This document shows, in pieces, positions 25,101 to 33,384 of a stretch of 64,000 nucleotides of DNA. Source of the DNA: Nemertoderma westbladi (taxonomy: Eukaryota > Animalia > Xenacoelomorpha); contig JAUCBJ010001165.1 of assembly GCA_032718475.1 (NCBI GenBank), forward strand, positions 13,460 to 77,459, in the 5' to 3' direction. The notes under the pieces are model-generated. The model had not been told where the DNA came from and searched no databases. It saw only the letters and a program-made list of their open reading frames with translations. The translations under genes and the position numbers were made by a program. How positions within the stretch are numbered: position 1 is the first letter of the stretch; each line of letters starts with the position of its first letter.

Positions 25101-27439
25101 GCGACACGGGAATAGGAATAGTAGCATACCTTCGAGTCGAGACTCCAGATGGAATCAAAGTCGCCTTGGTTACCTCTAAGGCATTGATTAATAACAAGTT
25201 GAAGGTTCCTCGAGCGGAGTTGAAGGCGGCTCTCTACGCTACAGCCATCGGACGGAATGTAACGGAACAGATCGATTATACACTGGAGAAAACTGTGTAT
25301 TGGACCGACGCTTTGCTCGTGTTGGAATATATAACCAATGAAGTCTGTCAGTTCAGCGTCTTTGTCACCAACCGAGTGGCCATCATCCTCAGTCGCACAA
25401 CGATAGACCAATGGAGACACTGCCCTGGTACGATTAACCCAGCTGATATCGCCTCCAGAGGAGCAACTCCACAAGAACTGATAGATACTCCAGACTGGTT
25501 GGGTGGACCCGACTTCCTAAGCAAGGAAGAGGACGAATGGCCTCCTCACCTTACTACGGCGGAGATCAGACAAGCCAAGGGAGCGGAAAAGATTAAACCA
25601 AAAACCCGAGCGAGCAAATCGAAGTTATTCAAACCGCCGATCGATCTATCTGTATTACATGCTTCTGGAAATGATGCTTCGGATCCACAATCCCTCGTCA
25701 CAAACAAATCTGTTGTGGAAATTAAGGACAAAGATTGGCGATCTGGAACACCAGACGTCTCGCAAGGAATCTCACCCCTGTTGCAGAGAGCAATACAACA
25801 TTACAGTTCCTGGAATCGGCTCTGTAAGGCCGTCGCTTATTTAAAACGATTCTTTCATCATCGTTATTCTGGGACGAAGACCACTGGTGATGCTGCACCA
25901 CTGACAACAGCCCAAGTCCATGTTATTAAAGATTTACCGAAATACAAAACACCATGCCGGTTTCTAAAAGAAAAGATCAGTTATCAGGAGCATGAAGAAG
26001 CCAATAAACAAATACTGCGGCTCCTGCAATGCTACGAGGATTCTGACAAGTACTTCCTGCTGTTAAGAAACCCGCAGATGCGCTTGAGGGATCGCTTCTC
26101 TAGCATAATGATCGATGGGTTAATACGTGTTGGAGGAAGGCTTACCAACGCGCCATTGTCCTTTGACACTAAATTCCCCATAATAGTTAGAAATCTTGAA
26201 GTACAAATCAAGATGATTGTAGACGCCCACAGTAAATTATATCATGCTGGTAGAGAACGAGTTCTTAGCGAAATTCGAACGCGCTATTATTTCTATAAAC
26301 CCCGTAGAGCTCTAAATCAAGTTCTTAGGAACTGCATACCCTGTAGGAAAGCATTCAGTAGGCCTTTAACACAGCGAGAGGCAGAATTACCTAGGGAACG
26401 AGTAAGCTTTTATGAACCACCCTTTACTAATACTGGTGTGGATTTATTTGGCCCTATTGAAGTATATCGTGCTAGGACTATAGTCAAGAGATGGTGCGTC
26501 GTCTTCGTGTGCATGACTTGTCGAGCCATCCATCTTGATATGGTGAACGATCTATCCACTAACAGCTTCGTCTTAAGTTTACGACGACAGATCGCTCGCT
26601 TCGGAACTAGTAATACCATGCGATCGGACAAGGGAACGAACTTCATTGGCGCCAATAACGAAATCCAGGCTTACGTAAAGGACTGGAACCAAAGACAGGT
26701 GGACGATCAGCTAAGAATAACCGCGTCTAGCTGGACCTTCAACGCCGCCGACGCCCCTTGGTGGGGAGGAAGTTGGGAGAGATTGATTCGGAGTGTTAAG
26801 ACAGCATTTCACTTTATAGTGCCGTGCCGTGCGTATCTCACCGACGAACTTTTGCGAACGTTAATGGAGGAAATCGCTGCCTATCTCAACGAGAGACCGC
26901 TTATGCCAGTCTCATGGAGTCCCGATTCCCTGGAAGCGCTAACACCCGCGCACTTCCTACTTAAGAAACCTGTAGCCATGCTTCCCCAATCCGAGATTGC
27001 CGACGGAGACGAATATTGCCGCCGAACTTGGCAACTTATGCAGTTGCTATCTCGTCGTTTCGCTGATCACTTTGAAAAGCATTATCTGCCCACACTACAA
27101 CTTCGAACTAAGTGGTTTGCGCAGCAAGAAAATGTCAGCGCCGGAGACATGGTGCTTATTGTGGATCCCGACCTCCCACGTAAGCGGTGGCAGACAGGAC
27201 GCATCATAGAGACTCACATTTCAAGTGACGGTTTGGTACGATCAGTAGAACTCGTAGTTATGCGGCGTAACTTCAAAAAACCGGGAATAATATTTGAGAC
27301 GCAACAACTCAATCGCCCAGTTGGTCGTTTATGTTTATTAGAAAGAGACAGAGAACTCTCCGGAAACTATGGAAGGCAAGACACTCTTCCCACGACCACC
27401 TCCCTAATTCCTCAAACATCTAGGGACTCCCCGCCTTAA
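19160..27439 (+). CDS. BEL/Pao Gag-Pol polyprotein (2759 aa): long N-terminal extension, Gag, three zinc knuckles, aspartic protease, RT, RNase H, integrase
   Basis: KFNGDEMKWLPF Gag core; CALCDGLHRLGAC, CYNCLRPGHQRQTC and CAKCGAKHHSLLH knuckles; LLDSGS; VRVVFDGS and IYMDD; VFGDAS and PRAEL; HCPGTINPADIASRG; HSKLYHAG...CIPC, GVDLFGP, RSDKGTNF, GGSWERLI. Single ORF in PR-RT-RH-IN order typical of BEL/Pao. Confidence 0.98.
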   Translation: MSDTQQNLSDSPPDITQNLSDSPPDTTICDSDRSDKTDRTQTEPSSPPTERKVTPLVVESDPKPTHHRSIIGTRAQVKRNREEAGPSQQPPGQEPSSQQPDSSSNSDTVELNPERGVETVDPSYLDPFLTLPTAKMAAVLIAVEEHQGDWARNKKSTQESYWGYAREELMSVVESNWNNPGIGLPLDLSEATWEDIHKMGVAKDTMDPAVWKRSAAGYVQGFFSSLQRQEEQLFRQTLGPQEQEELLYQVRASTLRIRLILSAFEETSKRRQDTSLQVAVKTWFQRIEPKVKETAQWKSRLAERPTDEESTGAILSQVESEEAAEGPRKRDAIDTYLSDYQRFIGDEELRRRLAGFSPNSEGAKRVLDSIDAEMLAAHQAKFDEERRIARAQEAQVQKKRIEDRKAAAVAAAEAEAERKAAEAERKAAEAERKAAAAEAEAERKAAAAEAEAERKTAAAEAEKRASEEIAQLELETLQETQDDISKRFTEGRMQIKGRSNSKRLGYTSSEEGDTTDPEGGGNRSRLSRRKRMSPRQRLPDLPPAVRRQISSTAVGSTEPTDRTITITRLPTIVDEPEIIKPVLENTPSVRETPVLPKPTTKFPLHSTIKLTAPGGAAQVPVLETERDIQDLSPVVPMRPATTLATPASAVEWVEKGRREMSLLLGQMREQRDCSSQQIRDLEGTVYQLKGTVRDSRIELQEVQQNIALERDKLVNIQRGIPTPPVTLCQPARSEVYHARGVSPTRIYTASKVETPPVTLSQPVRSEVYHAQGVSPIRIYTASEVETPIVNPIKGDYKPVSDDIPYRPDNNPKNLYTDNSILNNTMAQESFTRQMARTEARQAVKVGEIVKFNGDEMKWLPFKEYYEDSIQNSVLSSGEKLRFLIKCLEGPPKLMALKFIGHPNGLRQVWDTLNTRYGNKDNIAKYLYAKLVAPRKFLSNEIIEFSDEIQEICRQLDWLGKSHEYQSSMVIGAIVSTLPKGGVCTRWDKKVLHMMEQQRRSPIMADLMSFLDCEVKLQLIKQSREKTSETKVSEKPVSRRRVTPVCYTDEGESQVSQEEDSGKDTDHSYYFNKNSSDVSKYQPRTNDRRDKFTKTPPQSPKRIQVRKPEERTKVHNITQGKVSNIKLNCALCDGLHRLGACAEFLKKPLADRREVVWNKRLCYNCLRPGHQRQTCYSDIRCAKCGAKHHSLLHSELDRNHPSQVSEPELHVQFSDVNDTDQGSEWEGFYTDEFSDANESCYLINTAVYRALTYEKDNDTEFPSTPLDKQPSWKVPTSNIGIREFPVVQVRVHGPNKSYIVNALLDSGSTGTFIDKELAEDIFAGQPKFRTKLNMSGIMQVWKSTLTADYYIGSLSTPQDRLGEQSIRSVKMVAIKNFATTQVEPYDWDEDENIQHLGIPRFQTDYPGVQILIGQNAHEALETLEKRPAQPQPLQPYAVRTRVGWYFTGPSRRTLEERLPQDRTLQVNDWEEESSEVDELTEGIQYSSDNDNTYQLFEEEHTIDLLTENNTWSDQQTLCQLIYPSGSMDYNDELNEEIERHNARTRDELAVRFFTQELVEPNSYDKALSIEEERAKQIQETTTRFLKDQGRYEIGLPFRKREPRFINNRPLAEKRLSQLHRRLTANASAKEMYQTQLKKFISKGYAERVPEETPITERTYYLTHHYVPKPGKPHEVRVVFDGSALYKGQSLNSELLPGPNLLQSLLGILLRLRQYSIAFASDIEGMFLQVKALDKDRDSLRFLWWPEGDLQRTPEEYWMTIQAFGIISSPSNACSVVRTTADDNRDAFSKEVIDNIKKNIYMDDNLKSLPSVEQAIEVAKGTVECLKRGGFRLTKFTSNSREFLEAIPIEDRGAKDLDLIKDDLPETKTLGLKWDTERDILFFQLKQRENPVRTKRICLSILSTYFDPLGFISPVILIARSLVQQMWLENHSWDDPLTGELLKKWMKWEDSLPAIESFIISRSYFGHVLPTYSYQLHVFGDASDTGIGIVAYLRVETPDGIKVALVTSKALINNKLKVPRAELKAALYATAIGRNVTEQIDYTLEKTVYWTDALLVLEYITNEVCQFSVFVTNRVAIILSRTTIDQWRHCPGTINPADIASRGATPQELIDTPDWLGGPDFLSKEEDEWPPHLTTAEIRQAKGAEKIKPKTRASKSKLFKPPIDLSVLHASGNDASDPQSLVTNKSVVEIKDKDWRSGTPDVSQGISPLLQRAIQHYSSWNRLCKAVAYLKRFFHHRYSGTKTTGDAAPLTTAQVHVIKDLPKYKTPCRFLKEKISYQEHEEANKQILRLLQCYEDSDKYFLLLRNPQMRLRDRFSSIMIDGLIRVGGRLTNAPLSFDTKFPIIVRNLEVQIKMIVDAHSKLYHAGRERVLSEIRTRYYFYKPRRALNQVLRNCIPCRKAFSRPLTQREAELPRERVSFYEPPFTNTGVDLFGPIEVYRARTIVKRWCVVFVCMTCRAIHLDMVNDLSTNSFVLSLRRQIARFGTSNTMRSDKGTNFIGANNEIQAYVKDWNQRQVDDQLRITASSWTFNAADAPWWGGSWERLIRSVKTAFHFIVPCRAYLTDELLRTLMEEIAAYLNERPLMPVSWSPDSLEALTPAHFLLKKPVAMLPQSEIADGDEYCRRTWQLMQLLSRRFADHFEKHYLPTLQLRTKWFAQQENVSAGDMVLIVDPDLPRKRWQTGRIIETHISSDGLVRSVELVVMRRNFKKPGIIFETQQLNRPVGRLCLLERDRELSGNYGRQDTLPTTTSLIPQTSRDSPP

Positions 27440-29072
27440 TGCGTCTGGAGTGGGCGTATGACTATAATATTTTCTCTGTTTTATTTATTTTATATAAATA
27501 TTATTATTTACTTTATTATAATCGTTTTTATTTAATTTTAGTTAAGTAGAATGTTATTTTGGATTATTTGGTAGACTAGTGCAATATATTAGTGTTTATT
27601 ACGTAATTACCTAATATACTTAGTGCGACGACGAGAAACAATTATTTTTCTCTTTCCTTACTGTCCGTATTATATTATAAACGCGAGACTATAGTAAGAT
27701 GATATGTCCGTACTTATTAAAGTACAATAAAGCCACTACTATATTTCGTGTATTATTGGTAGGCAGAGTATTAGGAATGCAAAGTTCAGATCCTCGTGTC
27801 TCGGCTAAACCAAGCTCTGGGTAGACCTTGGAAACGACTTGCCTCTTCACACTGACATTGCTTCGTGCGATATTGCTCTTCTACCTATATTAAATAATAC
27901 ATATAGTAGCGTGATGTCCCTCTAACAGTAGCGTAAAACGCAAATAAATCTGTTAAACTTTTTGACCATCTGTAATTCTAGTCGATTAAGATATCGTGGC
28001 ACCCACCGATATACTTGAAAGACAAATTCTAGAATCAGTGGTTAACGTCCCCAGACAAGTTCTGGAATAAATCCCGTGTAGTGCCCATCTTAAATATTAA
28101 TTTAATATTTATTAAAATCTGGCAAATTCAGATCCTTTAAAATTTCTAGTCAATTGAGATATCGTAGCACTTACCGGTATTCTTAAAAGACCATTTTATA
28201 GAATTAAGGATCTTATGTCCCCAGATATGTTCTGGAATCAAAATTGTGTCAATTTCACCATCAAATAATAAAATTCACGGGAATAAATCTAGAATTCATA
28301 TTTTTATGAATTTAATAAATTGTCATTTTGCACAATTTCTAATATTCCCAAAATTCCACTAATTAATAGATCACGGGAGCGGAGATTCATTCGATTGAGT
28401 GTGCTAGAGTGCGAGAATCTCCAACATATAGTCAATAGCCGATAAAATTCATAAAGTCATGTATAAAGAGGATATTGACAAACTAAAGACTTACTATCAA
28501 ACAGCATCCCAGATCTGTATGCATGAGAACTACCCTAATTCTACCGCTAGCTTTACATAATGTCACCATAGCAACACCCACGCTAGAATTAGAAACGAGT
28601 TAAAAGAACAATAGAAAACTTGTACCGTTGCCTAGCATAGTGATTATATAGCACACGGTTGGTATCCAAGGATACACAATAACAACAACGTGACATTCTG
28701 GAAGGCATTGACTAACGGACAAATGGCCTGTATGATGGTAGTTGGTAGCTGTTGTGTGGAATTTGTGCGTTTGTAGGTGAATGTTGCTGCTAAAGTGTGT
28801 TTACAGTAGCTAGTCGCAATTGTAAGATAACCCAACTCTCCCATAGCAAGAACCTCAAGTGATTACAAGCCTTTGGGACGGACAGTGGAGTGACTTGTGC
28901 CGGTTATCGTTGTCGTGCTGTTGCCACAACGTTGGCGTAAACACCGCGACAGCGGTACATCGGCGCTGAGAATCCCACTGCCCGGGGGGCCTCGATTAGT
29001 AGGCAGCGACGCCCGCTAGCCTAAAACATATATATAAACTCGTTACAATATTGGTGGATCGCGATAGCAGAT

Positions 29073-31484
29073 ATGACGGAATTGATAGAAGATGATCTTG
29101 GTATCAGGGAGCGATATAATGTACCTTTGCAGGCGTTTGTGGATAGCTTGATAAGTGGTGAACCCGGTCACACCACTACGGAGGAAGATGGTCGTTACAT
29201 CGAACCGCCAATGTCCCAAGAGCAACTCACGCGTGAATTGGACTATAGAAAATTCACCGCTCGCTATACGCATCGTAATGGTACGTATATGGACTTTCTA
29301 ACCACCGGCCATCCGATCGACCTACATGATACGGACGATGTAGACACCGAAAGAGAAATGGTTTTGTTTAAATACCACGCTCAGCGGAGTCGTAACGATA
29401 AACCAAGAATAGACCACGATAACTCTATTCGTAACCGGCTCGACCGAGAAAACGTTGAGGAACCCGATAAGCGTATCAACTTCAACGACTACCTGGAATT
29501 TTTGAGAGAAACTTATCTCAATATTGCCAGTCAACAAAACCTAGAGACTCGATATCCTCAAGGTATACATCATGATCCCATGGTAGAACTCCAACGACTC
29601 TATTTCACCATGATGTATCTCACGGCCGATCGTCCACTACCCGTGGTTCCCGATAGCTTTGCACAAATGGAGGAGTATTGCAAAACTGGAGAACGATCAC
29701 CCGCATTCCCTCTACAGGACGTACGTCTATGGTATTATTGTGACGAATGCCCTAGACCCAACCAACAAACCGAAAGAAGTAAACATCCGCGGAGACGTTG
29801 CGCTAAACACAGTTTTACGCGTTGTACGTACGGGAGTTTCGAGCGAAACCTGTTCGATGTATCGCCCACGGTCGCTCGTCTCAAACAATCACTCAATAAA
29901 CCCATGATCAGAGTTCCGGAATACTCGGTCAGGCCTCCTCATTCCCCTATTAGACCTCAAACTCTTGATCCTAATAGTATCACTGATCCTCCCGAACTAT
30001 ATTCTCTGTTCAAAGACGTGGTGTTACCTGAGCAGTTAATAGGTGGTACTCCGGTAGTGGGTTCTTTAGACATTCGACCATCCTACCTAGCCGGATTGGG
30101 ACGCGGGCATCTTATATCGCCATTTAATCCCTACAACCGCCCCGGATTAACCCCGATTCAACCTGCCACGGAAGTCGAGGAGAGCGTTATCAGAAATGCT
30201 TTAGACGCTATTCGACAGAAAATCGGGAAAGGAACACAGGATTACCTCGAGAAACGTAAATTACAGCAACAAGTCCAAGCGGTGAAGGATTTAGCCTTAC
30301 CACAGTTCGATCGAGAGATACAAAACCTCGAGAACGACATCGAGCTGGGACGCACGTACTCTCTACAGGAGTTTCTAGATGAGCGTATGCGACAACGAGC
30401 GGAGGAGAACCAACTCGAAAGGAAACATACGGAAATGGACGAGAGGGAAGAAGCCGCTTTAGCTCAACCCGAAGCCCAAATCCTTATGACGGACCTCTAC
30501 TCTAAAACTATCCGTCATCCCTCGATGATTCCCAACTTCGGAGATAAACTCTTCGCGAAAGTACAACCCCAACCGGTCGATATTAGTACAGGATCGCACC
30601 AGCTTATCGCCGACGCCCCCATGTTACAGCGCCCGCCGATCGAAGCTGCTCGCGTTGACAGTATACTCGTTGAACCTCCGGACAATCGAGCGGATCTTAT
30701 CCGTCGTATGGTACACGATGTCAACATACGCGCTCGTCCTTTAACGAACTCGTTTTATGGGATTAAAGATCACCCTTATTACGTTAATCTGACTCAATAT
30801 TATATGATAAAACCGGAAGATCCTATGCATAGCTTGAAGTTTCTACCGTTAATAAATCCTCTGGACATTGTCGAACTCGAGCAATTACAGAAACATTTGG
30901 ATCAGTTAGTAAAGGTAAACTCATTTAGAAAACCATATAACATTTCTAGAATTGAGAATGATACGATACCTCCTTATAACCTCGATGGCTTCATTAAAAC
31001 TCGATTAGTCCATTGGAATCTCGACGTATTATTCGAGGAGGAGAGAATAAAAAGACACGGAAATATGGAGACGTGTAACACTCAATCCTTGAAGTATAGT
31101 GATCTCCCTGACGCTAACCAATGTGCTACCTTGTGGCACCCGGTAGGGATGACCCTCGAGAACGCTACAAAGGAGTGGAATGAAACTCTTAATATCATTG
31201 AGATGTATGGAGTAGTTACCTACGATAATGAAGGCAGCGTTCCAGTCGGAGAATTAGGAACTACGCGCATGATCCATATACGCGGATTAGCCGGTTCTAC
31301 CCACGTGTTTACTCAAGCGTGCTCCGACGTGATTGATTATTCTTTTGAAACTCTCACCGAAACACAAAAGAATCTCCGGCATGGACAATTCGTACTCGCG
31401 CAGCGTTACGTCATTGACACCGAACGTAAACCGGATGCTACCCCAACCCGTGCTCGAGATGTTGTTCAACGAAAAGATCCTTAA
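29073..31484 (+). CDS. Extra ORF (ORF3) of element B, N-terminal part; frameshifted within the exonuclease-like domain
   Basis: 803-aa ORF conserved in A and C; contains VVTYDNEG (ExoI-like); a 20-bp deletion after 31434 relative to C shifts the frame. Confidence 0.85.
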   Translation: MTELIEDDLGIRERYNVPLQAFVDSLISGEPGHTTTEEDGRYIEPPMSQEQLTRELDYRKFTARYTHRNGTYMDFLTTGHPIDLHDTDDVDTEREMVLFKYHAQRSRNDKPRIDHDNSIRNRLDRENVEEPDKRINFNDYLEFLRETYLNIASQQNLETRYPQGIHHDPMVELQRLYFTMMYLTADRPLPVVPDSFAQMEEYCKTGERSPAFPLQDVRLWYYCDECPRPNQQTERSKHPRRRCAKHSFTRCTYGSFERNLFDVSPTVARLKQSLNKPMIRVPEYSVRPPHSPIRPQTLDPNSITDPPELYSLFKDVVLPEQLIGGTPVVGSLDIRPSYLAGLGRGHLISPFNPYNRPGLTPIQPATEVEESVIRNALDAIRQKIGKGTQDYLEKRKLQQQVQAVKDLALPQFDREIQNLENDIELGRTYSLQEFLDERMRQRAEENQLERKHTEMDEREEAALAQPEAQILMTDLYSKTIRHPSMIPNFGDKLFAKVQPQPVDISTGSHQLIADAPMLQRPPIEAARVDSILVEPPDNRADLIRRMVHDVNIRARPLTNSFYGIKDHPYYVNLTQYYMIKPEDPMHSLKFLPLINPLDIVELEQLQKHLDQLVKVNSFRKPYNISRIENDTIPPYNLDGFIKTRLVHWNLDVLFEEERIKRHGNMETCNTQSLKYSDLPDANQCATLWHPVGMTLENATKEWNETLNIIEMYGVVTYDNEGSVPVGELGTTRMIHIRGLAGSTHVFTQACSDVIDYSFETLTETQKNLRHGQFVLAQRYVIDTERKPDATPTRARDVVQRKDP

Positions 31485-31530
31485 AATCGGTTCCGCTGTT
31501 TATTGAGATCTACAAAATGACTTTCGAAAT

Positions 31531-33306
31531 ATGGAGGATACACCATATCCATTTGTAGATATGCAGTTAATTGCCCCTTGGGCAGAAGGCCGAGGTTTCT
31601 TCCATACCATGTACGCTAATACGTCTAACGACATTACTAAAGTTCAACGAACTTCCATCGGACATATTGCCTTTCAGGAATACGGATGGAATTTCAAGGT
31701 TGGAAATCCCCTTAATTATCAACAAGTATATGGAGACCATTATTCCCGATTATACTTTGACGGACCGTTGACCGCACCTGGCGCCGTGTATAGCTTCATG
31801 AGTGTTCCACTCCGTCCCTCTTTAGCTATCTACACGATCTTGGAAAATACCGCACTTTCCGGTTGGCTAGCCGACGTGTGCAGTCGTACTATACGCTCCC
31901 ATCCGTTAATACTTGGGACCAAACTCGCTAAGCTAGATGAACATAATAAATTCATACGCTTTGAATGTTTCCGGCGATTTCTAACCCCGTTCCGCAACGT
32001 GGATAGCCAATTTAAAGATCGCGCGTTGACCAAACTCAGCCTAAGAAACTCAGCTGCTGAGAAGTTGGATAGTGCCGGATTTGCCCTATTTAAGGATATT
32101 TGTATCGAGAATTTACATTCTTCTGTTATACAAAGACCTCGAATCACCACAGGTTATTCTGTCGTTGAGATTCAAACAGTGGGTCCACCAGAAGAGTCAA
32201 CTACGCTCACCGCATCTACGCACTGGGAAGACGAGCCTATGTGTATGGAATCTGAGGAGATTCAACCCACTACGCCCCGGAACAGCGACAACGATTACAT
32301 TATCGAATGGTATCAAGGTCCACAGTGTCTCACTGCGTATGATTATCGCCATGCCAACTATGTTGATCGTCAGCGTTGTCGGTTATGCGCATCTAGAGAC
32401 CATATTACGCCTATGGATACGAATATCCCATGTTCCTATTTCCAAGAACAGCCTTCAATGGAAATTTACTGCGCTTATTGTCGACTCAATGATTCGCACA
32501 TTTTTGCTGTCTGCCCCCAGTTCATGACGCAATGCCACCATTGTCAGTTGAAAGGACACGCCAGCTTTGATTGTCCCTTTAATAAAGACTTGGAGAGTGT
32601 AGACGAAATGATTGTACTCCGTTATATTCGAGCTTGGGAAGCGAACGCTGATTTACATTGTGACTCACGTCATCGTTACTACCCTGGACGCGCTTACGAA
32701 GGAGTTTATGCGTTCCATCCGTATTTATTCGCTTCTGTCGAACAGAAAGCGTGCATCCCGAGTTACGAGCTATTAAAGCGCGTCGGAGAATGTATTTCGA
32801 CTAAGTTTGTGCGCAAATTCCTTAGAAGAGTTAACCCCAGTGATATTCATTCCTATTATTTAATCAATTTTATCCGACACGATCCGGACTATGGAGAATT
32901 ATTCGTTAACTCGCATCCTGAGTTACAAGAAGTATATCGAAGGCCTTACGAATATCGAGCCCGCGAACGCGAGTTGGAGAGAACCATTAAACCAAGACAG
33001 TTTCTGACAGCCTACGGTCCACCCACGGCTTCCGTTCAGACCACTCGCAGAGGACCTGTGAGAGCAGCCGCCCTAAAGCGAGCTCTAAAGGCCGTTAGAC
33101 CCCAGTCCCCCGATGTTGATGGCAACCTACCCGGAACCTCAACCGGCGGATACACCGACAACAACCCTGCACCCTCTGATGCAATTATATTGCACCCTTC
33201 ACCCAGGAGCTATAGCCCTCCTTGTAAAGTGGCTCGCCCCAAAGAGAAAAGGACTCTGGCTAGCCTTAAAAAACTGCGTAAACGTCGTCCGCGCAAGAAA
33301 GACTAA
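31531..33306 (+). CDS. Extra ORF (ORF3) of element B, C-terminal part: rest of exonuclease-like fold, Cys/His zinc knuckles, basic tail
   Basis: FVDMQ and GPLT..AVYSFMS motifs; CRLCASRDH, CAYCRLNDSHIFAVC, CHHCQLKGHASFDC; KKLRKRRPRKKD end; continuous with the upstream part in element C (ORF 45132-46613). Confidence 0.85.
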   Translation: MEDTPYPFVDMQLIAPWAEGRGFFHTMYANTSNDITKVQRTSIGHIAFQEYGWNFKVGNPLNYQQVYGDHYSRLYFDGPLTAPGAVYSFMSVPLRPSLAIYTILENTALSGWLADVCSRTIRSHPLILGTKLAKLDEHNKFIRFECFRRFLTPFRNVDSQFKDRALTKLSLRNSAAEKLDSAGFALFKDICIENLHSSVIQRPRITTGYSVVEIQTVGPPEESTTLTASTHWEDEPMCMESEEIQPTTPRNSDNDYIIEWYQGPQCLTAYDYRHANYVDRQRCRLCASRDHITPMDTNIPCSYFQEQPSMEIYCAYCRLNDSHIFAVCPQFMTQCHHCQLKGHASFDCPFNKDLESVDEMIVLRYIRAWEANADLHCDSRHRYYPGRAYEGVYAFHPYLFASVEQKACIPSYELLKRVGECISTKFVRKFLRRVNPSDIHSYYLINFIRHDPDYGELFVNSHPELQEVYRRPYEYRARERELERTIKPRQFLTAYGPPTASVQTTRRGPVRAAALKRALKAVRPQSPDVDGNLPGTSTGGYTDNNPAPSDAIILHPSPRSYSPPCKVARPKEKRTLASLKKLRKRRPRKKD

Positions 33307-33370
33307 CGGTTTAGAGTATTTATGTATATTAGAAACTGCGATTTTGTATATTTTATAGACTTCAATCTCA

Positions 33371-33384
33371 TTTTCTGGGAGCGG
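33371..33384 (+). promoter_or_regulatory. Polypurine-tract-equivalent (TTTTCTGGGAGCGG)
   Basis: Abuts the 3' LTR; identical in A (3968-3981) and C (44274-44287). Confidence 0.7.

Noticed and set aside
27750-27960. Hammerhead or HDV ribozyme in the conserved spacer
   Set aside because: Could not find a CUGAnGA/GAAA core or HDV topology by eye on either strand; an Infernal search would be needed.
29073-33306. ORF3 as an envelope glycoprotein
   Set aside because: No signal peptide or transmembrane segment; it has zinc knuckles, nuclease-like motifs and a basic tail.
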